Of a stretch of 64,000 bases of DNA, positions 21,000-32,343 are shown one piece after another (positions within the stretch are counted from its first letter, which is position 1; each line of letters starts with the position of its first letter). Source of the stretch: Balneolales bacterium (GTDB lineage: Bacteria; Bacteroidota; Rhodothermia; Balneolales; DATFMH01). Location: the NCBI GenBank assembly GCA_035267045.1, contig DATFMH010000238.1, positions 5,914 through 69,913 on the forward strand, in the 5' to 3' direction. Below the pieces are notes generated by a model, which was not told where the DNA came from, made no database searches, and saw only the letters and a program-made list of their open reading frames with translations. The position numbers and the translations under genes are program-made.

Positions 21000-22766
21000 A
21001 TGAATAATCAAGCAACACAACTTAAGAAACAACGCTTCGAAGGCAGTCAAGAATCATCTTATAATGAATATCAAGGTCAGGAACAGGTACTTTCCGGATC
21101 TGAGATATTAATTAAAACACTATTAGACCTGGATGTAGATACCATATTTGGTTATCCGGGTGGAGCAGTATTACCCATCTACGATACTTTATATCAAAAT
21201 GAAGAACTTCGCCATATTCTGATTCGTCACGAACAGGGAGGTACTCATGCCGCAGACGGATATGCAAGGGCTACCGGTAAACCCGGTGTTGTGTTGGTAA
21301 CATCCGGACCCGGAGGTACGAATACCGTTACAGGGATTGCAACTGCAGCAATAGATTCTATTCCCTTAGTTGTTTTTACCGGGCAGGTACCAACAAATAT
21401 GATTGGTAATGATGCCTTTCAGGAAGCTGATATTGTAGGTATAACGCGTCCTATTACCAAACAGAATTATCTTGTCAAGGATGTAAATGACCTGGAATAC
21501 ACGATACGGGAAGCTTTTCATATTGCAACGACCGGTAAACCGGGACCCGTACTGATCGATCTTCCCAAAAATATGGTAATGAGTAAAGGGATATATACAG
21601 GGAAGCGTAAAGTTTCTGTTCCCAGTTATCGCCCGGTTACGAAAGGGCATCACAGTCAAATAACTAAGGCAGCTGATTTACTTAGTAACGCAAAACGTCC
21701 TTTAATCTATGCCGGTGGTGGTGTTTTACGTGCCGAGGCATGGGAAGAGTTGACTGCTTTTGCAGAAAGGACGAATATACCTGTAACAACTACACTTATG
21801 GGTTTGGGATGTTTTCCCGAAAGCAAACCACAGTCTTTAGGAATGCTCGGAATGCACGGCACATATTATGCAAATATGGCAATGACCGAGTGCGATGTTC
21901 TTTTAGCCGTTGGTGCCCGGTTTGATGACCGGGTAACCGGACGACTGGATGGTTTTTCACCCAACTCACGTAAAATTCATATTGACATAGATCCATCCTG
22001 TATCTCCAAAAATGTTCCCGTTGAAGTACCGATTGTCGGTGATGTTAAAAATGTCCTCCCTAACATAGACAAGCATACCCAAAAACCCGATATAGATGAG
22101 TGGTGGACGTCGCTCAATAAATGGAAAAAAGAACACCCGCTGCAATCACCTAAAGCTGAAGATCATATTAAGCCACAACATATGATAGAGGCTATATCTG
22201 AAGTTACAAAAGGGGAAGCCATTGTTGTCACGGATGTAGGACAACATCAAATGTGGGCGGCTCAATTGTATAAATATAATCATCCCCGTTCGTTCATCAC
22301 TTCAGGTGGACTGGGAACAATGGGGTATGGTTTCCCGGCAGCAATGGGCGCGGCGGTTGCAAAACCTGATCGCCCGGTTGTCTGTATTACAGGGGATGGC
22401 GGCTTTCAGATGACATTGTTTGAATTGGCTACCTGTGTTGAAAATAAAATACCGGTAAAAATAGCCATTATGAATAACGGTTATTTAGGTATGGTCAGAC
22501 AATGGCAGGAATTATTCTTCGGTAAAAGATATTCACATACCAATCTTAAAAACGGGAACCCTGATTTTGTCAAACTCGCGGAAAGCTATGGTGCTGTGGG
22601 ATTAAGAGCCAGCAGGCCTGATGAAATGATGGAGGTACTGCAAAAAGCTATGGCCATCGATGACCGACCCGTTGTAATGGATTTTATAGTTGATGAAGAG
22701 GAAAATTGCTATCCGATGGTGCCCACCGGTGCAGCATTGAATGAAATGGTGGAGGGAGATCAGTGA
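21000..22766 (+). CDS. ilvB: acetolactate synthase, large (catalytic) subunit
   Basis: 588 aa. ThDP-binding motif GDGGFQM...NNG.LGMV and the typical N-terminal GYPGGA region. Confidence 0.95.
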   Translation: MNNQATQLKKQRFEGSQESSYNEYQGQEQVLSGSEILIKTLLDLDVDTIFGYPGGAVLPIYDTLYQNEELRHILIRHEQGGTHAADGYARATGKPGVVLVTSGPGGTNTVTGIATAAIDSIPLVVFTGQVPTNMIGNDAFQEADIVGITRPITKQNYLVKDVNDLEYTIREAFHIATTGKPGPVLIDLPKNMVMSKGIYTGKRKVSVPSYRPVTKGHHSQITKAADLLSNAKRPLIYAGGGVLRAEAWEELTAFAERTNIPVTTTLMGLGCFPESKPQSLGMLGMHGTYYANMAMTECDVLLAVGARFDDRVTGRLDGFSPNSRKIHIDIDPSCISKNVPVEVPIVGDVKNVLPNIDKHTQKPDIDEWWTSLNKWKKEHPLQSPKAEDHIKPQHMIEAISEVTKGEAIVVTDVGQHQMWAAQLYKYNHPRSFITSGGLGTMGYGFPAAMGAAVAKPDRPVVCITGDGGFQMTLFELATCVENKIPVKIAIMNNGYLGMVRQWQELFFGKRYSHTNLKNGNPDFVKLAESYGAVGLRASRPDEMMEVLQKAMAIDDRPVVMDFIVDEEENCYPMVPTGAALNEMVEGDQ

Positions 22767-23314
22767 ATAATTCAAATTCACAAAAATTAACAGGTAAAAG
22801 TGTAAACGTGGACTCACCACGTAAATCAAGACACACGATATCAGTATTGGTTGATCACAATCTAAATGCATTATCGCGGATATTGGGAATGTTCAACGGC
22901 CGGGGCTTTGATATCGATAGTATCAGCTTTGGCAAGGGGCAACAACCCGGATTGGCACGCATTACAATTACAACTCGTGGTGATAATAGCGTGGTGGAAC
23001 AAATAACAAAGCAATTACACAATGTTATTGATGTGGTAAAAGTCAAGGATCTGACTTTTGAGCCTTTTGTCGAAAGGGAATTGGCTTTGATAAAAGTGAC
23101 AGCTCCGGCATCACGACGATCTGAAATTATGCAGATCGTCAATGTCTTTCGGGCCAAGATAATAGATATCAGTCCTGATAAATTGACTATTGAAGTAACC
23201 GGTAACAGTGACAAAATAACGGCAGCACTTGGGATGCTTCGTCAATTCGGATTGGTCGAGGTAGCCCGAACCGGTAGCGTGGCACTCACAAGGGAATTTA
23301 CAGGTGATACCTGA
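22763..23314 (+). CDS. ilvN: acetolactate synthase, small (regulatory) subunit
   Basis: 183 aa. ACT domain (HTISVLVDHNLNALSRILGMFNGRGFDIDS). 4-bp overlap with ilvB. Confidence 0.92.
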   Translation: MNNSNSQKLTGKSVNVDSPRKSRHTISVLVDHNLNALSRILGMFNGRGFDIDSISFGKGQQPGLARITITTRGDNSVVEQITKQLHNVIDVVKVKDLTFEPFVERELALIKVTAPASRRSEIMQIVNVFRAKIIDISPDKLTIEVTGNSDKITAALGMLRQFGLVEVARTGSVALTREFTGDT

Positions 23315-23354
23315 GCCGATCTGTTGTTAAAAAGCTTTCAAAAAAAAATTCTAA

Positions 23355-24374
<1,020 letters not shown>

Positions 24375-24384
24375 GGATATAATT

Positions 24385-26004
24385 ATGCAAGCACCACACA
24401 TTGATTTGTTCGATACTACTCTGCGGGACGGGACTCAAGGTGAAAAAGTTGCTTTCTCTGCTGAAGATAAACTGAGAATTGCCGAGAGGCTTGATGAGTT
24501 CGGAATTCAGTATATCGAAGGCGGTTGGCCGGGATCTAATCCCAAAGACATGCTTTTTTTCGAAAAAGCAAAAGGCCATACTTTCAAAAATGCTAAAATA
24601 GTTGCTTTTGGAAGTACACATCGTGCCGACCGGAAGCCGGAAGACGACCCCAATCTTCAGGCTCTTGTAGAAGCCCGGACACCTGCGAATTCCATATTCG
24701 GTAAAAGCTGGCTTTTACATGTTCGCGACGCTCTTAAAATAACACCGGAAGAGAATCTTAAAATCATTTATCAATCTGTAAAATATCTGAAAGAACATGA
24801 CAGGGAAGTGATATATGATGCCGAACATTTCTTTGATGGTTATAAAGACAATTCCTCTTATGCCGTAGAAACCTTGTTGGCTGCTCAGGAAGGTGGTGCT
24901 GATGTTCTTGTATTATGTGACACCAATGGTGGTTCTTTACCGGACGAGATATCAAAAATTATCCGTTACGTTAAAAAAAATGTCGATACGCCATTAGGTA
25001 TTCATGCTCATAATGATGGTGAACTGGCGGTAGCTAATTCGTTGGCTGCCGTTCAAGCCGGATGTGTACATGTTCAGGGGACCATAAATGGTTACGGTGA
25101 GCGATGTGGGAATGCCAATCTGTGTTCTGTTACAGCTAACTTACAGCTGAAGTATGGTCGTGATGTTGTCTCTGATAAACAGCTTGAAAAGTTAAGCAAC
25201 CTTTCTCGATATGTAAGCGAGCTGGCCAATTTAAGTCAGGACAATAAGCTGCCTTTCGTCGGTTCGAGTGCTTTTGCCCATAAGGGTGGGGTGCATGTGA
25301 GTGCTGTCATGAAAAATTCATCGACGTATGAGCATTTGGATCCGGCTATCGTTGGTAATCGCCGCCGTGTATTGGTATCCGACTTATCGGGCAAAAGTAA
25401 TGTGATGTATAAATCCAATGAGTTGGGGATCGATCTGGAAGATAAACAGGAAAAATTACCTGCTATAGTAAAAAAATTGAAGAAACTGGAAAATGAGGGC
25501 TATCAATTTGAAGCAGCCGAAGCCTCATTTGAATTATTGGTCAGACGCATGACCGAACCGGTTAAAGATTTCTTTGCACTCGAAGGATTACGTGTGATCA
25601 TTGAAAAAAACGGGACAGGTAATTGTCGTTCTGAAGCTACAATACGCCTGAATGTGAATGGGCAAATGGAACATTGTGCCTCCGAAGGTAGCGGACCTGT
25701 TAATGCTTTGGATTGTGCCTTGAGAAAAGCGCTGAATCAGTTTTATCCGGAGATAGATTTGATGAAGCTTGCCGACTATAAAGTAAGGGTATTGAATGGC
25801 ACCGAAGGTACCGATGCAAAAGTAAGGGTATTGATCGAATCAAGTGATAGCAATGGTGAATCATGGGGAACAATCGGTGTTTCAGCAAATATCATTGATG
25901 CGAGCTGGCAGGCCCTGTCCGACAGTTTTAACTATTTCTTACAAAATCATTATAAGTCAAAAAAGAAGGAGCAAAAGTATGCTAAATCGACTATGGGATC
26001 TTAA
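24385..26004 (+). CDS. cimA: (R)-citramalate synthase (LeuA-related, with C-terminal LeuA_dimer regulatory domain)
   Basis: 539 aa. [21 protein letters not shown], and the C-terminal regulatory fold ([16 protein letters not shown]). The N-terminal pattern is typical of the CimA clade of the IPMS/homocitrate synthase family. A second, LeuA-type paralogue follows. Confidence 0.75.
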   Translation: MQAPHIDLFDTTLRDGTQGEKVAFSAEDKLRIAERLDEFGIQYIEGGWPGSNPKDMLFFEKAKGHTFKNAKIVAFGSTHRADRKPEDDPNLQALVEARTPANSIFGKSWLLHVRDALKITPEENLKIIYQSVKYLKEHDREVIYDAEHFFDGYKDNSSYAVETLLAAQEGGADVLVLCDTNGGSLPDEISKIIRYVKKNVDTPLGIHAHNDGELAVANSLAAVQAGCVHVQGTINGYGERCGNANLCSVTANLQLKYGRDVVSDKQLEKLSNLSRYVSELANLSQDNKLPFVGSSAFAHKGGVHVSAVMKNSSTYEHLDPAIVGNRRRVLVSDLSGKSNVMYKSNELGIDLEDKQEKLPAIVKKLKKLENEGYQFEAAEASFELLVRRMTEPVKDFFALEGLRVIIEKNGTGNCRSEATIRLNVNGQMEHCASEGSGPVNALDCALRKALNQFYPEIDLMKLADYKVRVLNGTEGTDAKVRVLIESSDSNGESWGTIGVSANIIDASWQALSDSFNYFLQNHYKSKKKEQKYAKSTMGS

Positions 26005-26116
26005 AGACCGACTATGCCACTATCGCAATCTATATAACCTGAATAATGTACTAAAAAGCATAATGGCTAAACATGTAAAAATTATCACCGAAACATAACA
26101 AGAAAATTTTGCAGGT

Positions 26117-27310
26117 ATGGAAAATCGAATCAGCATATTTGACACTACATTACGCGATGGTGAACAGTCGCCCGGTTACAGCATGAACCAGGATGAAAAA
26201 ATAAAAATGGCTCATCAGCTCGAAAAATTACAAGTTGATGTAATGGAAGCCGGCTTTCCGATTGCTTCTGAAGGTGATTTCCAGACAGTCAGGGAAATAG
26301 GGAAACAGATAAAAAACAGTACGGTCGCTGCTCTGGCACGTACAACTTCAGTCGATATAGAACGTGCTGCCAAATCACTTGAATATGCCAATAGGCCGCG
26401 TATACATACTTTTATTGCTACTTCCGATATCCATATGAAGTATAAATTGAAGAAAACGCGGGTAGAAGTAGTTGAATCGACTATTAAAGCTGTTGAACAG
26501 GCCCGGAAATATTGCGATGAAGTCGAGTTTTCAGCAGAAGATGCTTCCCGGAGTGATCCCGAATTCCTTTATGAAGTATTTACAGCGGCTATTGATGCCG
26601 GAGCCAGCATTATAAACGTACCGGATACCGTTGGTTATGCTCTTCCGTGGGAATATGGTGAACTCATCAAAAATATTCACCAAAACGTGCCGAATATTGA
26701 TAAAGCTATCCTCAGTGTTCATTGTCATAATGATCTCGGTTTGGCTGTAGCTAATTCTTTTGCCGGAATAAGAAACGGTGCCCTGCAGATAGAATGCACG
26801 ATTAATGGTATCGGTGAGCGAGCTGGTAATGCCTCTTTGGAAGAGATCGTGATGGCCATGAAAACCCGTCAGGCCGATATGACCGAGTACACAAATATTA
26901 AGACAGAAGAAATTTTCCCTGCCAGTAGTTTACTGGCTGAGATAACCGGTAAGGGAGTCCAGCCCAATAAAGCTATTGTTGGTGAAAATGCTTTTGCCCA
27001 TGAAGCCGGTATCCACCAGCATGGCGTTCTGAATAACCCGATGACTTACGAGATCATGACACCTGATTCTGTTGGTATTTCGGGTAACAGAATCGTTTTG
27101 GGTAAACATTCCGGCAGATTTGCGTTACGGAAAAAAGTGGAAGCATTGGGATTCGACCTGGATCATGATGAACTTGATGTCGTCTATCAACAATTTACCA
27201 ATCTTGCAGATCAACAAAAGATCGTCCCCGATGATGACATCCTGAATCTGTTGAATGGCAATGGTTATAACCGCTCGCAACAACACGGAATACAGGCTAA
27301 ATCAGCATAA
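26117..27310 (+). CDS. leuA: 2-isopropylmalate synthase, short form lacking the C-terminal regulatory domain
   Basis: 397 aa. DTTLRDGEQSPG, HCHNDLGLAVAN, GERAGNASLEE. It ends about 110-120 residues short of canonical LeuA, and leuC starts 41 nt later. Confidence 0.85.
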   Translation: MENRISIFDTTLRDGEQSPGYSMNQDEKIKMAHQLEKLQVDVMEAGFPIASEGDFQTVREIGKQIKNSTVAALARTTSVDIERAAKSLEYANRPRIHTFIATSDIHMKYKLKKTRVEVVESTIKAVEQARKYCDEVEFSAEDASRSDPEFLYEVFTAAIDAGASIINVPDTVGYALPWEYGELIKNIHQNVPNIDKAILSVHCHNDLGLAVANSFAGIRNGALQIECTINGIGERAGNASLEEIVMAMKTRQADMTEYTNIKTEEIFPASSLLAEITGKGVQPNKAIVGENAFAHEAGIHQHGVLNNPMTYEIMTPDSVGISGNRIVLGKHSGRFALRKKVEALGFDLDHDELDVVYQQFTNLADQQKIVPDDDILNLLNGNGYNRSQQHGIQAKSA

Positions 27311-27351
27311 TTTTTATAATTAATCACATTTATTAAAGGAGTTTTTTTACA

Positions 27352-28653
27352 ATGAGTATGACTCTCACAGAAAAGATATTGGCTAAACACAGCGGCCGTT
27401 CGATGGTAGATCCGGGTGAAACTGTCTGGATTGATGTCGATGTTCTTATGACACACGATGTCTGCGGGCCTCCAACAATATCTATCTTTCATAAAGAGTT
27501 TGGGGAAGAGGCCCGTGTTTGGGATAAAGACAAACTCGTAATCATTCCCGATCATTATATTTTTACCAATGATAAATATGCCAACAGGAATGTGGATATT
27601 TTAAGGGCTTTTGCCGCTGAACAGACCCTTCCGAATTATTATGATGTTGGTACCGACCGCTATAAAGGAGTATGCCACGTAGCACTCCCCGAAGAAGGAT
27701 ATACGCGTCCCGGTGAAGTACTGTTTGGTACGGATTCTCACACCTGTACGGCCGGCGCATTTGGCCAGTTTGCCACAGGTATTGGTAATACTGATGCTGC
27801 TTTTATCATGGGTACAGGTAAATTGTGGGTGAAAGTACCGGAAACCATGCGCTTTGAATTTGAAGGCGATCATTTGCCACCGTATATCATGGCAAAGGAT
27901 ATTATTCTCAAAGTGATCGGAGATATCGGGGTAGACGGTGCCACATACCGCACTATGGAATTTGCAGGTCCAGGTATCAAAGCATTGGATATAGAATCCC
28001 GCATGACACTTACTAATATGGTAATAGAAGCCGGTGGGAAAAATGGTGTAGTAGAGCCAGATGCTAAAACAGAAGAATATGTAAATCAAAGAACTGAGGT
28101 TAGCTATGAGTTAGTCCATAGTGATCCCGATGCCAGTTATCATAGTGTATATAACTATAATCTGGAAGAAATGGTCCCTATGGTTGCCAAACCTCACAGT
28201 CCGGATAACAAAGCCACCGCTGCTGAGCTGGAAGGTACCCCGCTTACACGTGCCTACATTGGTTCATGCACCGGTGGTAAGTTATCCGATTTTAAGGCGG
28301 CTGCTGAAATAATACAGGGCCATGATTTAGCAATCGATACATTTATCGTTCCTGCGACTACAGAAGTTGCTAAAGGTTTGTCGACGGAAAAAATAAACGG
28401 ACAAACATTAAAAGAGATATTCGAAGGAGCCGGTTGTAAGATTGGAAGAGCTTCTTGCGCCGCATGTCTGGGTGGCCCGGAAGATACTTTTGGACGATTG
28501 AATGGTAAGGAAGTTTGTATCTCTACCACCAATCGTAATTTTCCCGGCCGGATGGGATCGAAAGATTCGGAAGTATATCTGGCATCTCCATATACCGTGG
28601 CTGCATCCGCAGTGACAGGAAAAATTACAGATCCACGTCAATTTATCAATTAA
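27352..28653 (+). CDS. leuC: 3-isopropylmalate dehydratase large subunit
   Basis: 433 aa aconitase-family protein. Fe-S ligand regions DSHT, GSCTGG and CAACLGG. Confidence 0.93.
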   Translation: MSMTLTEKILAKHSGRSMVDPGETVWIDVDVLMTHDVCGPPTISIFHKEFGEEARVWDKDKLVIIPDHYIFTNDKYANRNVDILRAFAAEQTLPNYYDVGTDRYKGVCHVALPEEGYTRPGEVLFGTDSHTCTAGAFGQFATGIGNTDAAFIMGTGKLWVKVPETMRFEFEGDHLPPYIMAKDIILKVIGDIGVDGATYRTMEFAGPGIKALDIESRMTLTNMVIEAGGKNGVVEPDAKTEEYVNQRTEVSYELVHSDPDASYHSVYNYNLEEMVPMVAKPHSPDNKATAAELEGTPLTRAYIGSCTGGKLSDFKAAAEIIQGHDLAIDTFIVPATTEVAKGLSTEKINGQTLKEIFEGAGCKIGRASCAACLGGPEDTFGRLNGKEVCISTTNRNFPGRMGSKDSEVYLASPYTVAASAVTGKITDPRQFIN

Positions 28654-28668
28654 AAAATAGTAAATAGC

Positions 28669-29253
28669 ATGTCACAAGATATACTTAAAGGTAAAGCTTT
28701 TGTTTTAGGGAAGAATATCGATACCGATCAGATTATTCCGGCACAACATTTGGTTTATAGTTTAAATGATCCGGAAGAGCGTAAATTTTATGGGCGTTAT
28801 GCATTATCAGGGACTCCTTCGGAAGAATCAGGATTGCCTCAGGGGAATATCCCTTTGGTAGAAGATGACGCTTTTGAAAGTGAATTCAAGATCATTGTCG
28901 GCGGACCTAATTTTGGTTGCGGTTCCTCAAGAGAGCATGCACCTGCTGCTCTTCAAATAGCCGGTATTCAAGCGATCGTTTCACCAAGTTATGCGCGTAT
29001 TTTCTACCGAAACTCAGTAGACGGTGGATTTGTAATTCCTTATGAAAGTCTTGAGGATCTGAGTAAGGAAGTTCATACCAATGATGAACTGGAAATCCAT
29101 AAAAATGAAAATGTGCTTAAAAATATTACTCAGAACAAAACTTATAAATTAAAAGCTTTGGGAAGTGTAGAGGATATTGTTCAAGCCGGCGGAATTTTTG
29201 AATATGCCCGCAAAATGGGAATGGTCCCCAAAAATGAAAAGGTAGCAAGCTGA
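28669..29253 (+). CDS. leuD: 3-isopropylmalate dehydratase small subunit
   Basis: 194 aa. Swivel-domain motif [13 protein letters not shown]. Confidence 0.93.
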   Translation: MSQDILKGKAFVLGKNIDTDQIIPAQHLVYSLNDPEERKFYGRYALSGTPSEESGLPQGNIPLVEDDAFESEFKIIVGGPNFGCGSSREHAPAALQIAGIQAIVSPSYARIFYRNSVDGGFVIPYESLEDLSKEVHTNDELEIHKNENVLKNITQNKTYKLKALGSVEDIVQAGGIFEYARKMGMVPKNEKVAS

Positions 29254-29255
29254 AG

Positions 29256-30368
29256 ATGAGTGAAAAGATTGTAAAGCAAATTACTGTACTACCTGGCGAC
29301 GGCATCGGTCCGGAAGTTACGGATCAGGCTTTAAGAGTACTTCACACTGCCGGAGAACTATTTAATGTGACGTTCGAATGCCAGGAGTTCCCATTTGGTG
29401 GAGCAGCCATCGACGCCTGGGGGGAGCCCATAAGTGAAGAATTGATAGAATCAGCGAAGAAATCCGATGCCGTTTTATTAGGCGCTGTCGGAGGATCCAA
29501 ATGGGATAATCAACCCAAGGATAAACGACCGGAAGCTGGTTTATTGGGTATTCGCAATGTCCTTGGATTATATACCAATCTTCGACCCGTTAAAGTCTAC
29601 GAACCTCTTTGTGATTCATCCACATTAAAGAAAGAAGTTATTGAAAAGGTTGATCTGTTGGTAGTCAGGGAATTGACCGGTGGCATTTACTTTGGCAAGC
29701 CTCGTTTTATCAAAACGGAGGGTGAGGAAGAACACGCCGTGGATACGATGGATTACCGGACTTCGGAGATTGAACGTATTGCTGTGGCTGCTTTTGAGGC
29801 TGCGGGTAAAAGAAATGGTAACGTTTGCTCCGTAGATAAATCCAATGTGCTGGATACCTCAAGATTGTGGCGAAAAACGGTGATCAATGTGGCGAAAAAC
29901 TACCCGGATATAGAATTGAGTCATATGCTCGTGGATAATTGTGCTATGCAGCTGGTGAGAAATCCCGGTCAGTTTGATGTCATCGTTACCGGAAATATGT
30001 TTGGTGATATCCTGAGTGATGAAGCATCCATGTTGACCGGATCAATAGGTATGTTACCATCCGCAAGTATCGGTAATGGTCCGGGCTTATACGAACCTGT
30101 ACATGGCTCGGCACCGGATATAGCCGGCTCGGGTAAAGCCAACCCGATAGCAGCCATAGCTTCGGTTGCCCTGTTATTCCGCTATTCGCTCAATATGAAT
30201 CCCGCAGCGAAAATCATTGAAGAAGCAATCGAAGAATTTTTGAATAAGGGCTTCCGAACAGCTGGTATAGCCGGGATGGATGAAGAAGCTTTGAATACCG
30301 TTGAAGTCGGGGATACCATTACCGGATTAATTAAAGAGAATGCTAACAAATTACAGGAGCAAGACTGA
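29256..30368 (+). CDS. leuB: 3-isopropylmalate dehydrogenase
   Basis: 370 aa. Motif [25 protein letters not shown]. Confidence 0.95.
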   Translation: MSEKIVKQITVLPGDGIGPEVTDQALRVLHTAGELFNVTFECQEFPFGGAAIDAWGEPISEELIESAKKSDAVLLGAVGGSKWDNQPKDKRPEAGLLGIRNVLGLYTNLRPVKVYEPLCDSSTLKKEVIEKVDLLVVRELTGGIYFGKPRFIKTEGEEEHAVDTMDYRTSEIERIAVAAFEAAGKRNGNVCSVDKSNVLDTSRLWRKTVINVAKNYPDIELSHMLVDNCAMQLVRNPGQFDVIVTGNMFGDILSDEASMLTGSIGMLPSASIGNGPGLYEPVHGSAPDIAGSGKANPIAAIASVALLFRYSLNMNPAAKIIEEAIEEFLNKGFRTAGIAGMDEEALNTVEVGDTITGLIKENANKLQEQD

Positions 30369-30369
30369 G

Positions 30370-31464
30370 ATGCCTGCGAACGTAACTTCAGATATTCAAA
30401 CGGATGTAATTAATGTGAATCCTGTTGAACACAGTCGGTTGCCGGGTGTTGATCTTAACAACCCCGGTTTCGGACGATTATTCGCGGACCACATGTTCAG
30501 CATGGAATACAAAGATGGGCAATGGCAAAATCCGGCGATTGTTCCATTTGACAAGTTAGAGTTCATGCCATCACTAACAGCACTTCATTACGGTCAGTCG
30601 ATTTTTGAAGGGATGAAAGCATTCCGAACAGATGACGGGACGATAAATATTTTCAGACCGGAGAAACATCATGAGCGGTTAAATAAATCCTGCCGGCGTT
30701 TGTGTATTCCCGAAATCGACCAGGATCTTTTCATGGAGGCTTTGCAAACCCTCGTAAAACTGGATCGGGACTGGGTTCCGGAGAAAAAGGGGAATGCCCT
30801 TTATATTCGTCCGCTTGTTTTCGGAACGGATACCCATATTTCGGTTTCCGAAGCTGAAACGTACCGTTTCTTGATCATGACTTCCCCGGTAGGTGCCTAT
30901 TATAAGGAAGGAATCAACCCGGTGAGATTGATGACATCGAGTCATTATGTTCGCTCGGCACAGGGCGGGGCAGGTAATGTTAAAACGGCCGGTAACTATG
31001 CCGCCAGTTTGTTGCCTGCAAAAAAAGCAAAAGAGAAAGGATTCACTCAGGTTTTATGGCTTGATGCAAAAGAACATAAATATATTGAGGAAGTCGGTAC
31101 GATGAACATCTTTTTTAAAATAGATGACCGGCTGATAACACCTCCTCTGGAAGGAACTATTTTAGGTGGTATAACGAGAGATTCTGTTATACAGTTAGCC
31201 CTTGAATGGGATGTAGATGTGGATGAGAGACATATTACTATCGATGAATTGTTCGAAGCCTCTGGAAAGGGATCGTTACAGGAGGCGTTTGGTACCGGTA
31301 CTGCAGCAGTTATATCCCCTGTGGGACGTATTAATCATAATGGCAGTGAGATAATACTTGATGAAAATCAAATCGGTCCGTTTGCACAACGTCTATACAA
31401 TGAATTAACCGGTATTCAATACGGTGAGGTTGAAGACCGTCATAATTGGATTTATTCAGTTTAG
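30370..31464 (+). CDS. ilvE: branched-chain amino acid aminotransferase (fold type IV)
   Basis: The ORF is open from 30340, but the ATG at 30370 lies 1 nt after the leuB stop and avoids the overlap. Motifs GNVKTAGNY and EEVGTMNIF. Confidence 0.9.
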   Translation: MPANVTSDIQTDVINVNPVEHSRLPGVDLNNPGFGRLFADHMFSMEYKDGQWQNPAIVPFDKLEFMPSLTALHYGQSIFEGMKAFRTDDGTINIFRPEKHHERLNKSCRRLCIPEIDQDLFMEALQTLVKLDRDWVPEKKGNALYIRPLVFGTDTHISVSEAETYRFLIMTSPVGAYYKEGINPVRLMTSSHYVRSAQGGAGNVKTAGNYAASLLPAKKAKEKGFTQVLWLDAKEHKYIEEVGTMNIFFKIDDRLITPPLEGTILGGITRDSVIQLALEWDVDVDERHITIDELFEASGKGSLQEAFGTGTAAVISPVGRINHNGSEIILDENQIGPFAQRLYNELTGIQYGEVEDRHNWIYSV

Positions 31465-31552
31465 TAAGTATGGAGATTTTTTAATGAATGATTTCCATCT
31501 ATCCTCACACATATAGAGTGACTCATCACTAAGGTCAGTCAACTCTATCTTA

Positions 31553-31588
31553 GGGAACAGACATGAAAAATCTGTTCCCTATTTTTTT
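31553..31588 (+). terminator. intrinsic terminator of the ilv-leu operon
   Basis: 9-bp perfect stem: gggaacaga (31553-31561) pairs with tctgttccc (31571-31579). Followed by T7 (31582-31588). Confidence 0.8.
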
Positions 31589-31590
31589 AG

Positions 31591-31670
31591 GATACGGCTG
31601 GGAAATAGAACGCGGATGAACGCAGATTGAGCGGATAAAAGAAGGAAAATGGAAACCGGAGACCGGAATA
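31591..31670. repeat. member of a short dispersed intergenic repeat family
   Basis: gatacggctgggaaat (31591-31606) recurs as gataggctgggaaat at 15-29. In reverse orientation its ends (attccggt ... cgttctattt) recur at 11802-11809 and 11824-11833. Internal cgcRgat units: gaacgcggatgaacgcagattgagcggat. Confidence 0.6.
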
Positions 31671-32291
31671 CGGAAAAACAGACCCGGGAAAAAATCCAAA
31701 TGCCAGATAATTAAACATCAACAAAAACGGTCTGGCTGTCATCACGAGGCCGAATGGCCGCGGTGATCCCCTTCTGTAGCATTGCCATACGTGTTATCAA
31801 TGGCAGGTGAAAAAAGCCAAATTAGCGCACTTGCCCTTGATTACGGACCCCACTTTCATCTCCCCCAGGGAAGGAACTTCAAAATGAACCCTTTGGGTTC
31901 TGCCTTTTTATCTCGTGATGGGGCTCTGCCCCTTCACGCAGAGAATGAGGCTCTGCCTCAAACTTGAAACCACAGGTCAGAACCCTGTGATGAGATATAA
32001 ATTTGAATAGCTTCGGGTGTAACCCGGAGAATAGATCAGTGATCAGTAAGCAGTTACAGTAAACAATGTGTTGGTTGCCAATATTCATTGCCCCGTACCT
32101 TCAGGCCGGGGATTAATCGAATTGACAAAATTTTAAAAAGGACTAAAGCCCTGACAATAAATGCTGTATTTTCTAACCACTGGCCTAAAGGCCAGGGCAA
32201 TTATTTGTTATTAAATAAAATTTGGTAAGATGATTGGTTACAGATTGTTCGGCTGTTCGTTCCAGAGTACGGAAACAATAGTTTTAATTTC

Positions 32292-32315
32292 TGCCTTCTG
32301 CCTTTTGCCTTTTGC
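32292..32315. repeat. short tandem repeat (TGCCTTY) x about 3.4
   Basis: tgccttc tgccttt tgccttt tgc, lying 29 bp 3' of the minus-strand galT stop. The core is related to the 11931-11967 repeat. Confidence 0.8.
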
Positions 32316-32343
32316 AAATTACTCATTGCTAATTGTAAAAGTC

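Noticed and set aside
30340-30369. ilvE start at 30340, overlapping leuB by 29 nt
   Set aside because: The ATG at 30370 lies 1 nt after the leuB stop, and the extra 10 residues have no conserved character. I preferred the downstream start.
31782-32088. Two mutually overlapping ORFs (61 aa on the plus strand, 69 aa on the minus strand) in the GC-rich island
   Set aside because: They overlap each other on opposite strands, are built from the GGnTCTGCC repeat units and have no ribosome-binding context. They are better explained as non-coding repeat sequence.
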